A stretch of DNA of 62,812 nt from Desulfurococcales archaeon (GTDB lineage: Archaea > Thermoproteota > Thermoprotei_A > Sulfolobales > Acidilobaceae), in assembly GCA_015523445.1 (NCBI GenBank), contig WAKG01000085.1:1-62812 (forward strand). Reading direction: 5' to 3'. Shown here piece after piece: positions 37,619 through 45,344 of this stretch. The notes under the pieces were generated by a model. The model had not been told where the DNA came from and did no database searches. It saw only the letters and a program-made list of their open reading frames with translations. The first letter of the stretch is position 1. Every line of letters begins with the position of its first letter. Both the position numbers and the translations under genes were made by a program.

Positions 37619-39223
37619 CTACGACATATACCTTCTCCGGGTGGCGAAGTCTCTTATGAAAGTGGAGTAGGGCACTATCCTCCTCCCCAGGCTCTCTAGG
37701 AGGCTGGCCAGGGCCGCGGCCTCCCACTCGTTAACCCTACTCCTCTGGTCAACAACTATAAGGGGGGAGGGTACGCCGAAGTGTGTGGCCTGGCTCTGCG
37801 TGTATATATGCCTGGCAAGGTCTACACTGTCCCCACCGGGGATATACTCGAGCCTTATGGGGTGCCTGACCTGCACCAGCTCGGCCAGCTCCCTCGGCGT
37901 CATGCCCATCCTCTCGGCATGCCTTGCCAGGGTCTGGCATGAGGGTATGCGGTCTGTGAAGATGTATGTGAACATGACCTCCGGCAGGCCGGAGAGGCTC
38001 CTCTCAGCCGGGATTCCAGTGGCGTCCTCCAGCCTGTTCGACCCGTAGCTAGCCACTGCGGGAGGCTCGACCAGGGTCTTCTTGCTGAGTGGAGGGGTCC
38101 CAGCCAGCTCCTCCGGGCCGAATAGGTACCTGTACAGCATCATGACGTCAACATCACTCTTAACACCAAGCCTCTCAAGAGCCTGGCCACGGTATATTGC
38201 TAGGACGAGATCGCCCCTACCCTGCTTGGAGGCCTCCTCCTCCAACACCTCCCAGGGCGGCCTAGAGGAGGAGAAGAGGCTGGCCAGCATGGATTCTAGG
38301 AGCGCAGCCATATCATGGGCAGTCCTGCCAGGCTCCTCCACGAGGTCCTCGGCACACCCAGCTCTGGATATAGCCCTCTTTATAAGGGCATCAGCGTGGA
38401 GCCCCCGCGGGTACGACTCCATAACTCCGAGTAGCGTGTAGGTTGAGAGCTGCCTACTCCTACTAAGATCCTCAGAGACAGCTGCAATAGTGGCCCCGTC
38501 AACTCTGCCTAGCCTGGAGAGGAGGGCCACCGCCGCCAGCCCGGGGTTGCACGCCTCGCCATGACCACCCCTCCTAACTATAGACTCGTCCCTAACACTA
38601 TACACGACCTCCAGGGGAAGGCCAGAGTATCTGAGCACAGCCTCCACACTCCTACACGGCATGTCGAAGACCCTATTGAAGTACGTGCCAAACTGCTGTA
38701 ACAGGGCCCCATGCCTCACGACAAGCCTACGCCCCCCAGGCGAGCCAGGAGGCTGCTCGCCCAGAGCTATTGAGAGCATTATACCCAGCTCGGCTAGGTA
38801 GAGGCTGGCCTGCCTCTGCCTCTCGCCCCCCACAACGGGTAGGAAGGAGTAGCCCCCACTACCGATCAAGGGGTAGAGGATGCGCTCTCTAACCCTATCC
38901 CCTGCCCAACACCTCTCCAGCACTGCAGCCTTGAGCACGAAGCCCTCAACACCGCCACGAGTCCCCCTATACCCCCTGGCTCCCACATCTATGAAGTACT
39001 CGCACTCCCACCTAACCCCGAGAAGAGGCTCTACTTGGCCAAGACCGCTCCAGCCACCCCGGATCAGGCTAGCCCCGCCAAACTCCTCCACACCCCTAGC
39101 GGCTAGTGCCAGGGCAAGCCCTCCCCACTCCGGCGAAGCATCGCCAAGCTCTGTATACGCCAATTCCATAAACCCCCAATAAGGTGAGTATGGATGATTA
39201 AGGATAATTAGGAAATCCAACAC
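37619..39223 (-). CDS. NurA-like nuclease-domain protein (tentative), upstream partner of the HerA-like ATPase
   Basis: Stop lies 4 nt before the HerA-like start. C-terminal THFGVPSPLIVVDQRSRV resembles the NurA GYPYxLxxAHxxA block. Candidate N-terminal YFIDVGARG and central RRLVVRHGALLQQF resemble the NurA xDGS / DGSL strands, but with substitutions. The call is by context plus weak motifs. Confidence 0.4.
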   Translation of the reverse strand: MLDFLIILNHPYSPYWGFMELAYTELGDASPEWGGLALALAARGVEEFGGASLIRGGWSGLGQVEPLLGVRWECEYFIDVGARGYRGTRGGVEGFVLKAAVLERCWAGDRVRERILYPLIGSGGYSFLPVVGGERQRQASLYLAELGIMLSIALGEQPPGSPGGRRLVVRHGALLQQFGTYFNRVFDMPCRSVEAVLRYSGLPLEVVYSVRDESIVRRGGHGEACNPGLAAVALLSRLGRVDGATIAAVSEDLSRSRQLSTYTLLGVMESYPRGLHADALIKRAISRAGCAEDLVEEPGRTAHDMAALLESMLASLFSSSRPPWEVLEEEASKQGRGDLVLAIYRGQALERLGVKSDVDVMMLYRYLFGPEELAGTPPLSKKTLVEPPAVASYGSNRLEDATGIPAERSLSGLPEVMFTYIFTDRIPSCQTLARHAERMGMTPRELAELVQVRHPIRLEYIPGGDSVDLARHIYTQSQATHFGVPSPLIVVDQRSRVNEWEAAALASLLESLGRRIVPYSTFIRDFATRRRYMS

Positions 39224-39548
39224 TAGCCTGAGGCTACTATACCATTACATCAAAACAAAGGTAATACCGGCAAGCCTATGCAACATAGACCTAGAGCATC
39301 TTTAACAAGTCTACGGAAAGAAGTATCAAAGCCCATAAACTAAGCTTCTACCTAATAATGCAAGGGTAGATAGATGAATAGGAGATTAGTAATGATTTAG
39401 CGGGTTTTTGGCCTGAAGTTACCCATAGATCACTTGAACTATACTTTCATCTGGCCTCCTTCTGTATCTTAAAGATGGTTACTTCAGCTGTAATTTCAGG
39501 TATCCGTTTAAGGGAAAGTTTTTAAGGGCTCAACGTAAATACATTCGA
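39224..39548. promoter_or_regulatory. AT-rich divergent intergenic region between the NurA/HerA operon and the 609-aa wHTH gene
   Basis: 325 nt of non-coding, low-GC sequence separating two divergent transcription units, with several A/T-rich TATA-like elements (for example cctaataatg and gtttttaaggg). Confidence 0.45.
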
Positions 39549-41378
39549 ATGGCGAGCACGCTCTGGTGTGATCGGGGTGAAAATAGCGTGAGTAAGAGTA
39601 AGAAGACAAGTAAGATAACACTAGGCGAGGCACATGCCCGGATAATCCTAGCCGTGGGCGCATACCAGGAGCTGGGTGTAGAGCCGGAATACGGCGATAT
39701 CGCGAGGGCCACGAACAGGAGCCTCTCTAGGATCAGGGCAGTAGTCTCGGAGCTACTAAGGAGCAACCATAATCTTATCAAGAAGGTACCCGACACCCCA
39801 GTCAAGATACTCCTCACCGAGAAGGGGAAGAGGGTATACAAGGAGCTGAAGGCATCAATCTTGAAGAACGCAGAGGAGGTAATCGAGCCATCCAAGCTAA
39901 TCAAACTATTCGAAGACAGAATATATACTGATAGCAGGCAGAAGAAGTCCTTCGGTTCCGTGGAGGTAGCAATAGATACCGTAGTCCCTGCACTGAAGCT
40001 TAGGGAAGTCACGGAGAACCTGAAGAGAGGCTTCGGCCCAAGCCTACTGTACGGGTTATCGATAGAACTGGCAACAGCAACTCAGATAGCATCAGCCTCT
40101 GGTATAGGAAGTATAAGCTTTAACGAGCTATCGAGGCAGGTGATCAACGTCCCAATCAGGGTGGCCCGCGTCACGGATGTATCACTGCCACCACATATAG
40201 AGGGGAGCATAATCCCCATGGAGAGGGCGCGCGGGGCACTACGCTCCGTAACTATATGGCCGGAAAAGTCTAGGGGACGTGACATATACAGCTACGCCGT
40301 TGAGGCCGATGCCCTCGGGCTAGTTAAAGTAGCTAAAAGCGGGAAAGACGAGGTATACCTACAGCCCAAGCTCAATACTGGAATAGACGTCATAGACAAG
40401 CTCTCGGCCATAGGTTTCGATGTACTAGCATCTAATCCGACAAGGGCATGGCTACCCATACTATCAGTATACGGCGATGTAACCACACAGTTCCCAACAA
40501 AAGAAGAAGTGCTCAGCGGGAGCACACCCCTACTCGGCATACTCGGCGATGTAGTAGGCCCTAGCAAGGTGGAGAGATGGACCAAACACATGCTTGGACT
40601 CCAGAAAAGCCTCAATATACCGGCCCTAAACGTAGGGGCACCATATAAGACACTCGGCATAATCGATGTTATCAAGGTTGGCGACGAGAGCAGACTATTA
40701 TCACTCACGGTAGCACGTAGGATTATCGGAAGAAATGTAAAAAACCTACTAGAAGAAGAAGGATACAACATTAATCAGATATACAGGACAGTTGAGGAGA
40801 AGATCAGGAGGATCCTAGAGGATACAGGAGCATACGCCTATGTACTAAAAGAGTTTATAAGGAATGGGTTCATGGATAGAATCCAAGCTCTAGAGGTAGC
40901 AAGGCGACACATAGACAGCAACCCGGAGAGGATCCTAAAAGACCTAGAGAAGCTGGGGTTCATCTACTCAGTCGGGACCGGATACTATAGCGCATGGACC
41001 ATAACACCGATATACTACGAGGAGGATGAGACTCTGAGGACTCTACTGGCTTGGCTGTCAAAGGAGCTAAGAAGCTTTGGGAACGAGATGTACGAGGAAA
41101 TAATAAGGAAATTAATAGAGAATGGAGAAGTTGATATAGTAAACTTAGAATCCAGAACTTTAATTAGGGTAGTACGTGGTCTATCTATACTAGAAAAAAT
41201 GGGTTTAGTACAATTCATAGGAGATGAAACAGTAAAAGTAACAAGCGATAAGGCTCGCAAACTACTGACAACCGCATATATCGAGAAGAAGCTAGGTGTG
41301 GAAATTGGCTCAATAACACCATACGAACGTAAAAAACTACCTGATATAAAAGAAACTATTATAGATAAACTAAAGTAA
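39549..41378 (+). CDS. Large orphan protein with N-terminal winged-helix (MarR/TrmB-like) DNA-binding domain and further wHTH-like repeats
   Basis: N-terminus EAHARIILAVGAYQELGVEPEYGDIARATNRSLSRIRAVVSELLRSNHNLIKKV...LTEKGKRVYKEL has a wHTH pattern. C-terminal segments (ILKDLEKLGFIYSVG and VVRGLSILEKMGLVQFIG) look like additional winged helices. I see no enzymatic motif. Confidence 0.55.
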   Translation: MASTLWCDRGENSVSKSKKTSKITLGEAHARIILAVGAYQELGVEPEYGDIARATNRSLSRIRAVVSELLRSNHNLIKKVPDTPVKILLTEKGKRVYKELKASILKNAEEVIEPSKLIKLFEDRIYTDSRQKKSFGSVEVAIDTVVPALKLREVTENLKRGFGPSLLYGLSIELATATQIASASGIGSISFNELSRQVINVPIRVARVTDVSLPPHIEGSIIPMERARGALRSVTIWPEKSRGRDIYSYAVEADALGLVKVAKSGKDEVYLQPKLNTGIDVIDKLSAIGFDVLASNPTRAWLPILSVYGDVTTQFPTKEEVLSGSTPLLGILGDVVGPSKVERWTKHMLGLQKSLNIPALNVGAPYKTLGIIDVIKVGDESRLLSLTVARRIIGRNVKNLLEEEGYNINQIYRTVEEKIRRILEDTGAYAYVLKEFIRNGFMDRIQALEVARRHIDSNPERILKDLEKLGFIYSVGTGYYSAWTITPIYYEEDETLRTLLAWLSKELRSFGNEMYEEIIRKLIENGEVDIVNLESRTLIRVVRGLSILEKMGLVQFIGDETVKVTSDKARKLLTTAYIEKKLGVEIGSITPYERKKLPDIKETIIDKLK

Positions 41379-41514
41379 AACTTTATTTATTATTAATTTA
41401 TAATAAATTAAAATTTTTATATAATCATTTTAACTATTCATATTAGTATTAATGATGGATATGACGGGCTTCTTAGCTAGTCGTGGTATATGATGTCTTA
41501 TAATGAGTTTTTAA
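41379..41514. other. AT-rich spacer with T-tracts (likely terminator) and a 7-bp inverted repeat AATTTAT-a-ATAAATT at 41395-41409
   Basis: The sequence taaaactttatttattattaatttataataaattaaaatttttat lies directly after the stop at 41376-41378. Archaeal terminators are oligo-T tracts. Confidence 0.4.
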
Positions 41515-42108
41515 TTGTATGTGGTGTTTGATGACTTGTCTCCACTATATACTCTGGAGTGGCACTTGGGTCGTGGTGGTGGTTGGCTTCATTGTAGGTG
41601 TTTATGGGTGATTGGGGATGCTAGGCTGTTGTTGCTACTTCCCTGCAATCCGGGGGTTAGGATGGGGGACTATACCCTTGGCCAGAACTGGAGGGTTGTG
41701 CTAGGTGTTGTGGATGACCTAGTAGGCTCCGGCATACTCGACCTTGCAGCAATCGATAGCTGCAAGCCGGGAGTTGTAAGGTGGGGGGAGGAGCATGTGT
41801 ATAGGTGGTGTGATGTGAGGCCCCTGTGGCACGAACTCTATAAGAGGGAGCCCTGGAGGCTGGAGCTGCTGGTGGCTGGGGTTGCTGAGGACCTTAGGAG
41901 TCTGGCCCTAGAGTATAGGGCTCTGGCGGCCTACGTCAATGTGAGGGCCTATAGGACCGCCTTGGAGCTTGCCATGGCCAGGTCTGGGGTTAAGGTCCAC
42001 ATCTTGGGGCCCCCTAGGCTGAGCCCCCTGAGCTATAGGAGTAGGAGGAGCCTGGAGGCGCTGCGCAGGGGGCTCATGGGCCTGGCTAGGGCTACGGTCA
42101 CGCTCTAG
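41515..42108 (+). CDS. Hypothetical protein, upstream partner of the TGT/DpdA-like gene
   Basis: GC-rich 197-aa ORF (TTG start). The internal ATG 41662, preceded by GGGGG, would give 148 aa. It is separated from the next gene by 9 nt containing GGGGTGG. No recognisable motif. Confidence 0.45.
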   Translation: MYVVFDDLSPLYTLEWHLGRGGGWLHCRCLWVIGDARLLLLLPCNPGVRMGDYTLGQNWRVVLGVVDDLVGSGILDLAAIDSCKPGVVRWGEEHVYRWCDVRPLWHELYKREPWRLELLVAGVAEDLRSLALEYRALAAYVNVRAYRTALELAMARSGVKVHILGPPRLSPLSYRSRRSLEALRRGLMGLARATVTL

Positions 42109-42117
42109 GGGTGGGTT

Positions 42118-42891
42118 GTGGTGGTCAGGGTCTTCCTTGTGTTGCCGGATCTCTCACGCTCTAAGGCGGAGGCTCTGGCTAGGCTGGGCGGGGTGGATGT
42201 GCTTCTTAGCTATACTATATTGAGGTGGAAGCCCTCGGCCCTAGAGAGGCTCCGGGTGTTGAGGAGTAGGCTGGGAGATGTTATGCTAGACTCCGGGGCC
42301 TACCACCAGGGGAGGGGTGAGGCATGGGTGGACCCTGCCAGCTATGCTAGCTTCATCCAGGATAATAGGGGTCTCTTCGCCTACGTGGTCGCCCCCGACC
42401 ATCCCGGGGATCCAGGGGAGACGCTTGCCAGGACTCTCAGCTTCATGGAGCACTACCACGGGGAGTTCATACCCGTAGTCCAGCCCGGCCCGGGTCACGG
42501 GCCCCACACTCATATAGCGATGGTGGAGGAGCTTGACCGCGCCGGGATACTGGACAGGGCTCCTAGGGTAGGAGGAGGAGTACTGGTAGGGGTTGGGGGC
42601 CTTGACGGGGAGAGGAGGAGGGTGAGCTACGTGGCAACCCTTGTGGGAGAGGCTGGTAGGGAGTATCCATGGCTCAGGCTCCATCTATTCGGGGCGGGAG
42701 CTAGGATCCTAGGAGGCCTGGCAAGGAGGGGGCTACTAGATCAGGTTTACAGCGTTGACTCCAGCGGGTGGCTCGCGGAGATCATGTGGAGGAGGCGCAC
42801 GGTGCACAATGCAGATACGCCGCTAGAGGCTAACACTAGGGCTATAGAGACATATATAGAGAAGGTTAGGCAGGCGATAGAGGAGGCCTAG
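42118..42891 (+). CDS. tRNA-guanine-transglycosylase-fold protein resembling DpdA (7-deazaguanine DNA/RNA transglycosylase)
   Basis: VMLDSGAYHQG...VDPASYASFIQDN...YVVAPDHPGD compares with the DpdA MGDCGAFSY...Y..F.......VSVDH pattern and the TGT DSGGFQ motif. LRLHLFGAGAR compares with HLLGxG, and VYSVDSSGWL with the second catalytic-Asp block (FDSxS). 257 aa, short for a tRNA TGT. Confidence 0.5.
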   Translation: MVVRVFLVLPDLSRSKAEALARLGGVDVLLSYTILRWKPSALERLRVLRSRLGDVMLDSGAYHQGRGEAWVDPASYASFIQDNRGLFAYVVAPDHPGDPGETLARTLSFMEHYHGEFIPVVQPGPGHGPHTHIAMVEELDRAGILDRAPRVGGGVLVGVGGLDGERRRVSYVATLVGEAGREYPWLRLHLFGAGARILGGLARRGLLDQVYSVDSSGWLAEIMWRRRTVHNADTPLEANTRAIETYIEKVRQAIEEA

Positions 42892-43097
42892 CCTCTATGT
42901 TCTCCACCTATGCATCCACTGTCTATGATCTTCTTGAGCCTGGCCAACTCGTCATATATCTCCTCGATCCAGGAGAGGACCGCTAGGGCCTCACCTCGTA
43001 GCTCTGGCTTAGATAGTATCGGGGTTAGGCTCTTCTCGAGCATCTCCATCCTTACGTAGATCCTATCCAGCGCCTCCCCGGGGCTGCATTCCGCCAC
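42888..43097 (-). CDS. Small helical hypothetical protein
   Basis: 69-aa ORF whose start abuts the stop of the upstream gene at 43097. Helical/coiled-coil composition. No motif. Confidence 0.35.
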   Translation of the reverse strand: MAECSPGEALDRIYVRMEMLEKSLTPILSKPELRGEALAVLSWIEEIYDELARLKKIIDSGCIGGEHRG

Positions 43098-43873
43098 TAT
43101 TCCCCGCCCTCCGCCAAGGCGTTAAGTATCTCCACCGCCGCCAGGTAGAGGACTGACTCCATCCTGGACTCCTGCTTCACCGATTTCAGGTAGACCTCTG
43201 CACTAGGCTCGAGGGGGGACAGGTGGCTGCTGTATTGGCTGTAGAGTGTCACCAGGGATAGGGCTTCTAGCCTGGGATACCTGTACTGGAGGCTGTATAG
43301 GGGGGCTGTGAGGCTGTCAACAGCATATACGCCCTCCACGCCTATGTAACGCTCTACATCCCCATAGCTCCAGGGGAGCCTAGGATGGTCTACGGTCACG
43401 CTCATCCCCACAACGTACTCGAAGTCTGCAAACCTAACCTCGAGTATGTTGGTTGCCACCCCGAGCAGCCTGGATGAGGCTAGCACTGGGAGCCCTGGCT
43501 CGATGAGCCTAGTGCTGGAAGAGTCACGGGGCACTGCAGCCCTAGCTATCAGTACAAGGTCCTGGCTAAGCCCCCTCCTAACCCTATACCCTCTATGGAT
43601 AAGTATAACCCTCCTAACACCCATAGAGTACAGCTCCGACACGGCCTCCACGACGGCCTGGGGATAGGGGGGCACAAGCTGGATTACTAGCTCTAGGCCT
43701 AGCTGGGTGCCGACTAGGCTCTTGAAGCCAGGTATGCCCTCATACTCCCCTATAATCCTTTCGATACCCCTCTTGGCCCCGTTGAACGCCTCTATACTGT
43801 CAAGGATCACAGCGTTTGCCCCAGCCAGCGAGCCGTGGATACCGGTTACTGGGCCTATTCCGGTGGCCGACAC
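43097..43873 (-). CDS. Nucleoside phosphorylase-fold (PNP/UDP family)-like protein
   Basis: The pattern AVILDS...GTQLGLELVIQLV....AVVEAVSELYSMGVRRVILIHRGYRVRRGLSQ-DLVLIARAAVPRDSSS follows the PNP_UDP_1 beta-alpha layout (G..v.v...G.G...a....EL...Gv..ii..G..G.l....gD.v....A). Recognition by eye only. Confidence 0.4.
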   Translation of the reverse strand: MSATGIGPVTGIHGSLAGANAVILDSIEAFNGAKRGIERIIGEYEGIPGFKSLVGTQLGLELVIQLVPPYPQAVVEAVSELYSMGVRRVILIHRGYRVRRGLSQDLVLIARAAVPRDSSSTRLIEPGLPVLASSRLLGVATNILEVRFADFEYVVGMSVTVDHPRLPWSYGDVERYIGVEGVYAVDSLTAPLYSLQYRYPRLEALSLVTLYSQYSSHLSPLEPSAEVYLKSVKQESRMESVLYLAAVEILNALAEGGE

Positions 43874-43953
43874 CTACTACCCCTCCGGGGGTCAATACTT
43901 TTATTTCTAGCAATATATGCTAGGATGGGGGTATATAAGGAGGGGGGTGAGTT

Positions 43954-44334
43954 TTGACACAGGTAATAGAGAGGATCAAGGAAACGCCACGGGTCGTAGG
44001 GACACATGTATACGGCAACCTGGTGGGATGCCGGAACACAGGTCTGCTCAGGGACATAGAGGGGCTGAAACAGTTGGTTGTGGAGGCAGCTGGTAAGGGT
44101 AACATGACGGTGCTAGACGTGAAGGCGTGGAGGATAGGTGAGGGGGCCAGCGTCGTAGCCATAATACTAGAGAGCCACATAACAGTACATACATGGCCCG
44201 AGTTCAACTACGCCACCGTAGACGTCTACAGCTGCGGGGCCCACACCAACCCGCTGGAGGCATTCAACCACATAGTGGCAGCCCTAAGACCCATCAGGGT
44301 AGAGAGGGGCATGGCAGACAGGAGCCTGGAATAG
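43954..44334 (+). CDS. Pyruvoyl-dependent AdoMetDC-family proenzyme (S-adenosylmethionine decarboxylase or crenarchaeal arginine decarboxylase paralogue)
   Basis: [11 protein letters not shown]...[29 protein letters not shown] carries the self-cleavage E-S site and the HTWPE motif of class 1b AdoMetDC. TTG start after GGAGGGGGGTGA. Confidence 0.85.
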   Translation: MTQVIERIKETPRVVGTHVYGNLVGCRNTGLLRDIEGLKQLVVEAAGKGNMTVLDVKAWRIGEGASVVAIILESHITVHTWPEFNYATVDVYSCGAHTNPLEAFNHIVAALRPIRVERGMADRSLE

Positions 44335-44338
44335 TAAC

Positions 44339-44408
44339 GCCCCCCGGGGGGCATACTGCCCCGGGGGGCACCATACAGCGGGAGCAACAAGGGGAATCAA
44401 CACCCCTT
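44339..44408. repeat. G/C homopolymer palindromes plus a stem-loop downstream of the AdoMetDC-like gene
   Basis: A perfect 14-nt palindrome GCCCCCCGGGGGGC (44339-44352). A second copy CCCCGGGGGGCA, each followed by (C)CATAC. A hairpin AAGGGG-aatcaaca-CCCCTT (44389-44408) followed by CTTTCCCTC. Confidence 0.7.
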
Positions 44409-44471
44409 CTTTCCCTCATACACGCCAGGCCAGCTACACCTATATGCAGGGCCTAGACGGGTGTCAACGAT

Positions 44472-45344
44472 TTGCCCCTATGCATAGTGCTTGCTGGAGG
44501 CGCCTCCCTCCGCTTCCCCGGGGGGAAACTATCATCGAGGCTGCTGGGCGAGCCCCTACTCCTTAGAGTGGTTAGGGCCCTTGAGTCGAGTGGCCTCTGT
44601 AGGGAGCTAGCAGTTTCAACTAGCCCAGTAGCTCTAGGGGAGGTGGATAGACTGCTAGAAGGCGCCTACGACGTGGTCGTAGACTATAGCTGGCTGCCCT
44701 GCAGGGGGCCCTCGAGGGGAATCGCCTCCGCAACAATCCACTACGCCCCACGGGAGATACTGCTGGCTGCAGGAGACATGGCGTGGCTCACCCCCCAGCC
44801 ACTGGAGGCTCTAGTAGATGAGGCTAGGAGGAGGGGGGCCACTGCAGCGGCTCCAATGTGGGCCACTGGCTTCCTACAGACGCTGGCAGGATATATACGG
44901 GAGCCTTGGCTGGCTGTGGAGTCCTGCCTTAGGAGGGGCCGCTTGGCGAGGCCTAGTGACGTGTATCGATCCGCCTCGAAGCCTCTCGTGATAGGCTCGG
45001 CCCATCTGGGGGATAGGGATGGTAGGACCTTCATGAGTGTAAACACTGTGGAGGAGATGCTTAGGCCCCGGCCCGACCCTCCAGGTCATAGTGTTACTGA
45101 TGCCTCTGAGGCATCCGGGATTCATAGGATGGCCCTGGCCAGGTCCTCCGCCAGCCTGGCTGGAGGCCTCGTGTACTACTGGCTGGAGGCGCGGTGGTAT
45201 AGAGAGGCTGGGATCCTCCACCTTGCCCGGCACGCTTGGCAGGATTACTGCTGGGCCCTGCATGCTGCTGGGTATAGTGGTGGGCCTTCCGGTAGATCCT
45301 CGTTAATGCCTTGCAGAGTTAGGACCTTGCAAGCTACCGGATAG
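44472..45344 (+). CDS. mobA: Molybdenum cofactor guanylyltransferase MobA with ~90-aa C-terminal extension
   Basis: N-terminus PLCIVLAGGASLRFPGGKL is the MobA LAGGxSxRxG motif, followed by LLAAGDMAWL. TTG start. The 3' end overlaps the convergent fdhD by 42 nt. Confidence 0.75.
   Translation: MPLCIVLAGGASLRFPGGKLSSRLLGEPLLLRVVRALESSGLCRELAVSTSPVALGEVDRLLEGAYDVVVDYSWLPCRGPSRGIASATIHYAPREILLAAGDMAWLTPQPLEALVDEARRRGATAAAPMWATGFLQTLAGYIREPWLAVESCLRRGRLARPSDVYRSASKPLVIGSAHLGDRDGRTFMSVNTVEEMLRPRPDPPGHSVTDASEASGIHRMALARSSASLAGGLVYYWLEARWYREAGILHLARHAWQDYCWALHAAGYSGGPSGRSSLMPCRVRTLQATG

Noticed and set aside
44193-44456. 87-aa plus-strand ORF spanning the end of the AdoMetDC-like gene and the GC-palindrome region
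   Set aside because: It is out of frame with and overlaps a well-supported gene. Its product is R/G/P-rich low complexity generated by the G/C homopolymer palindromes.
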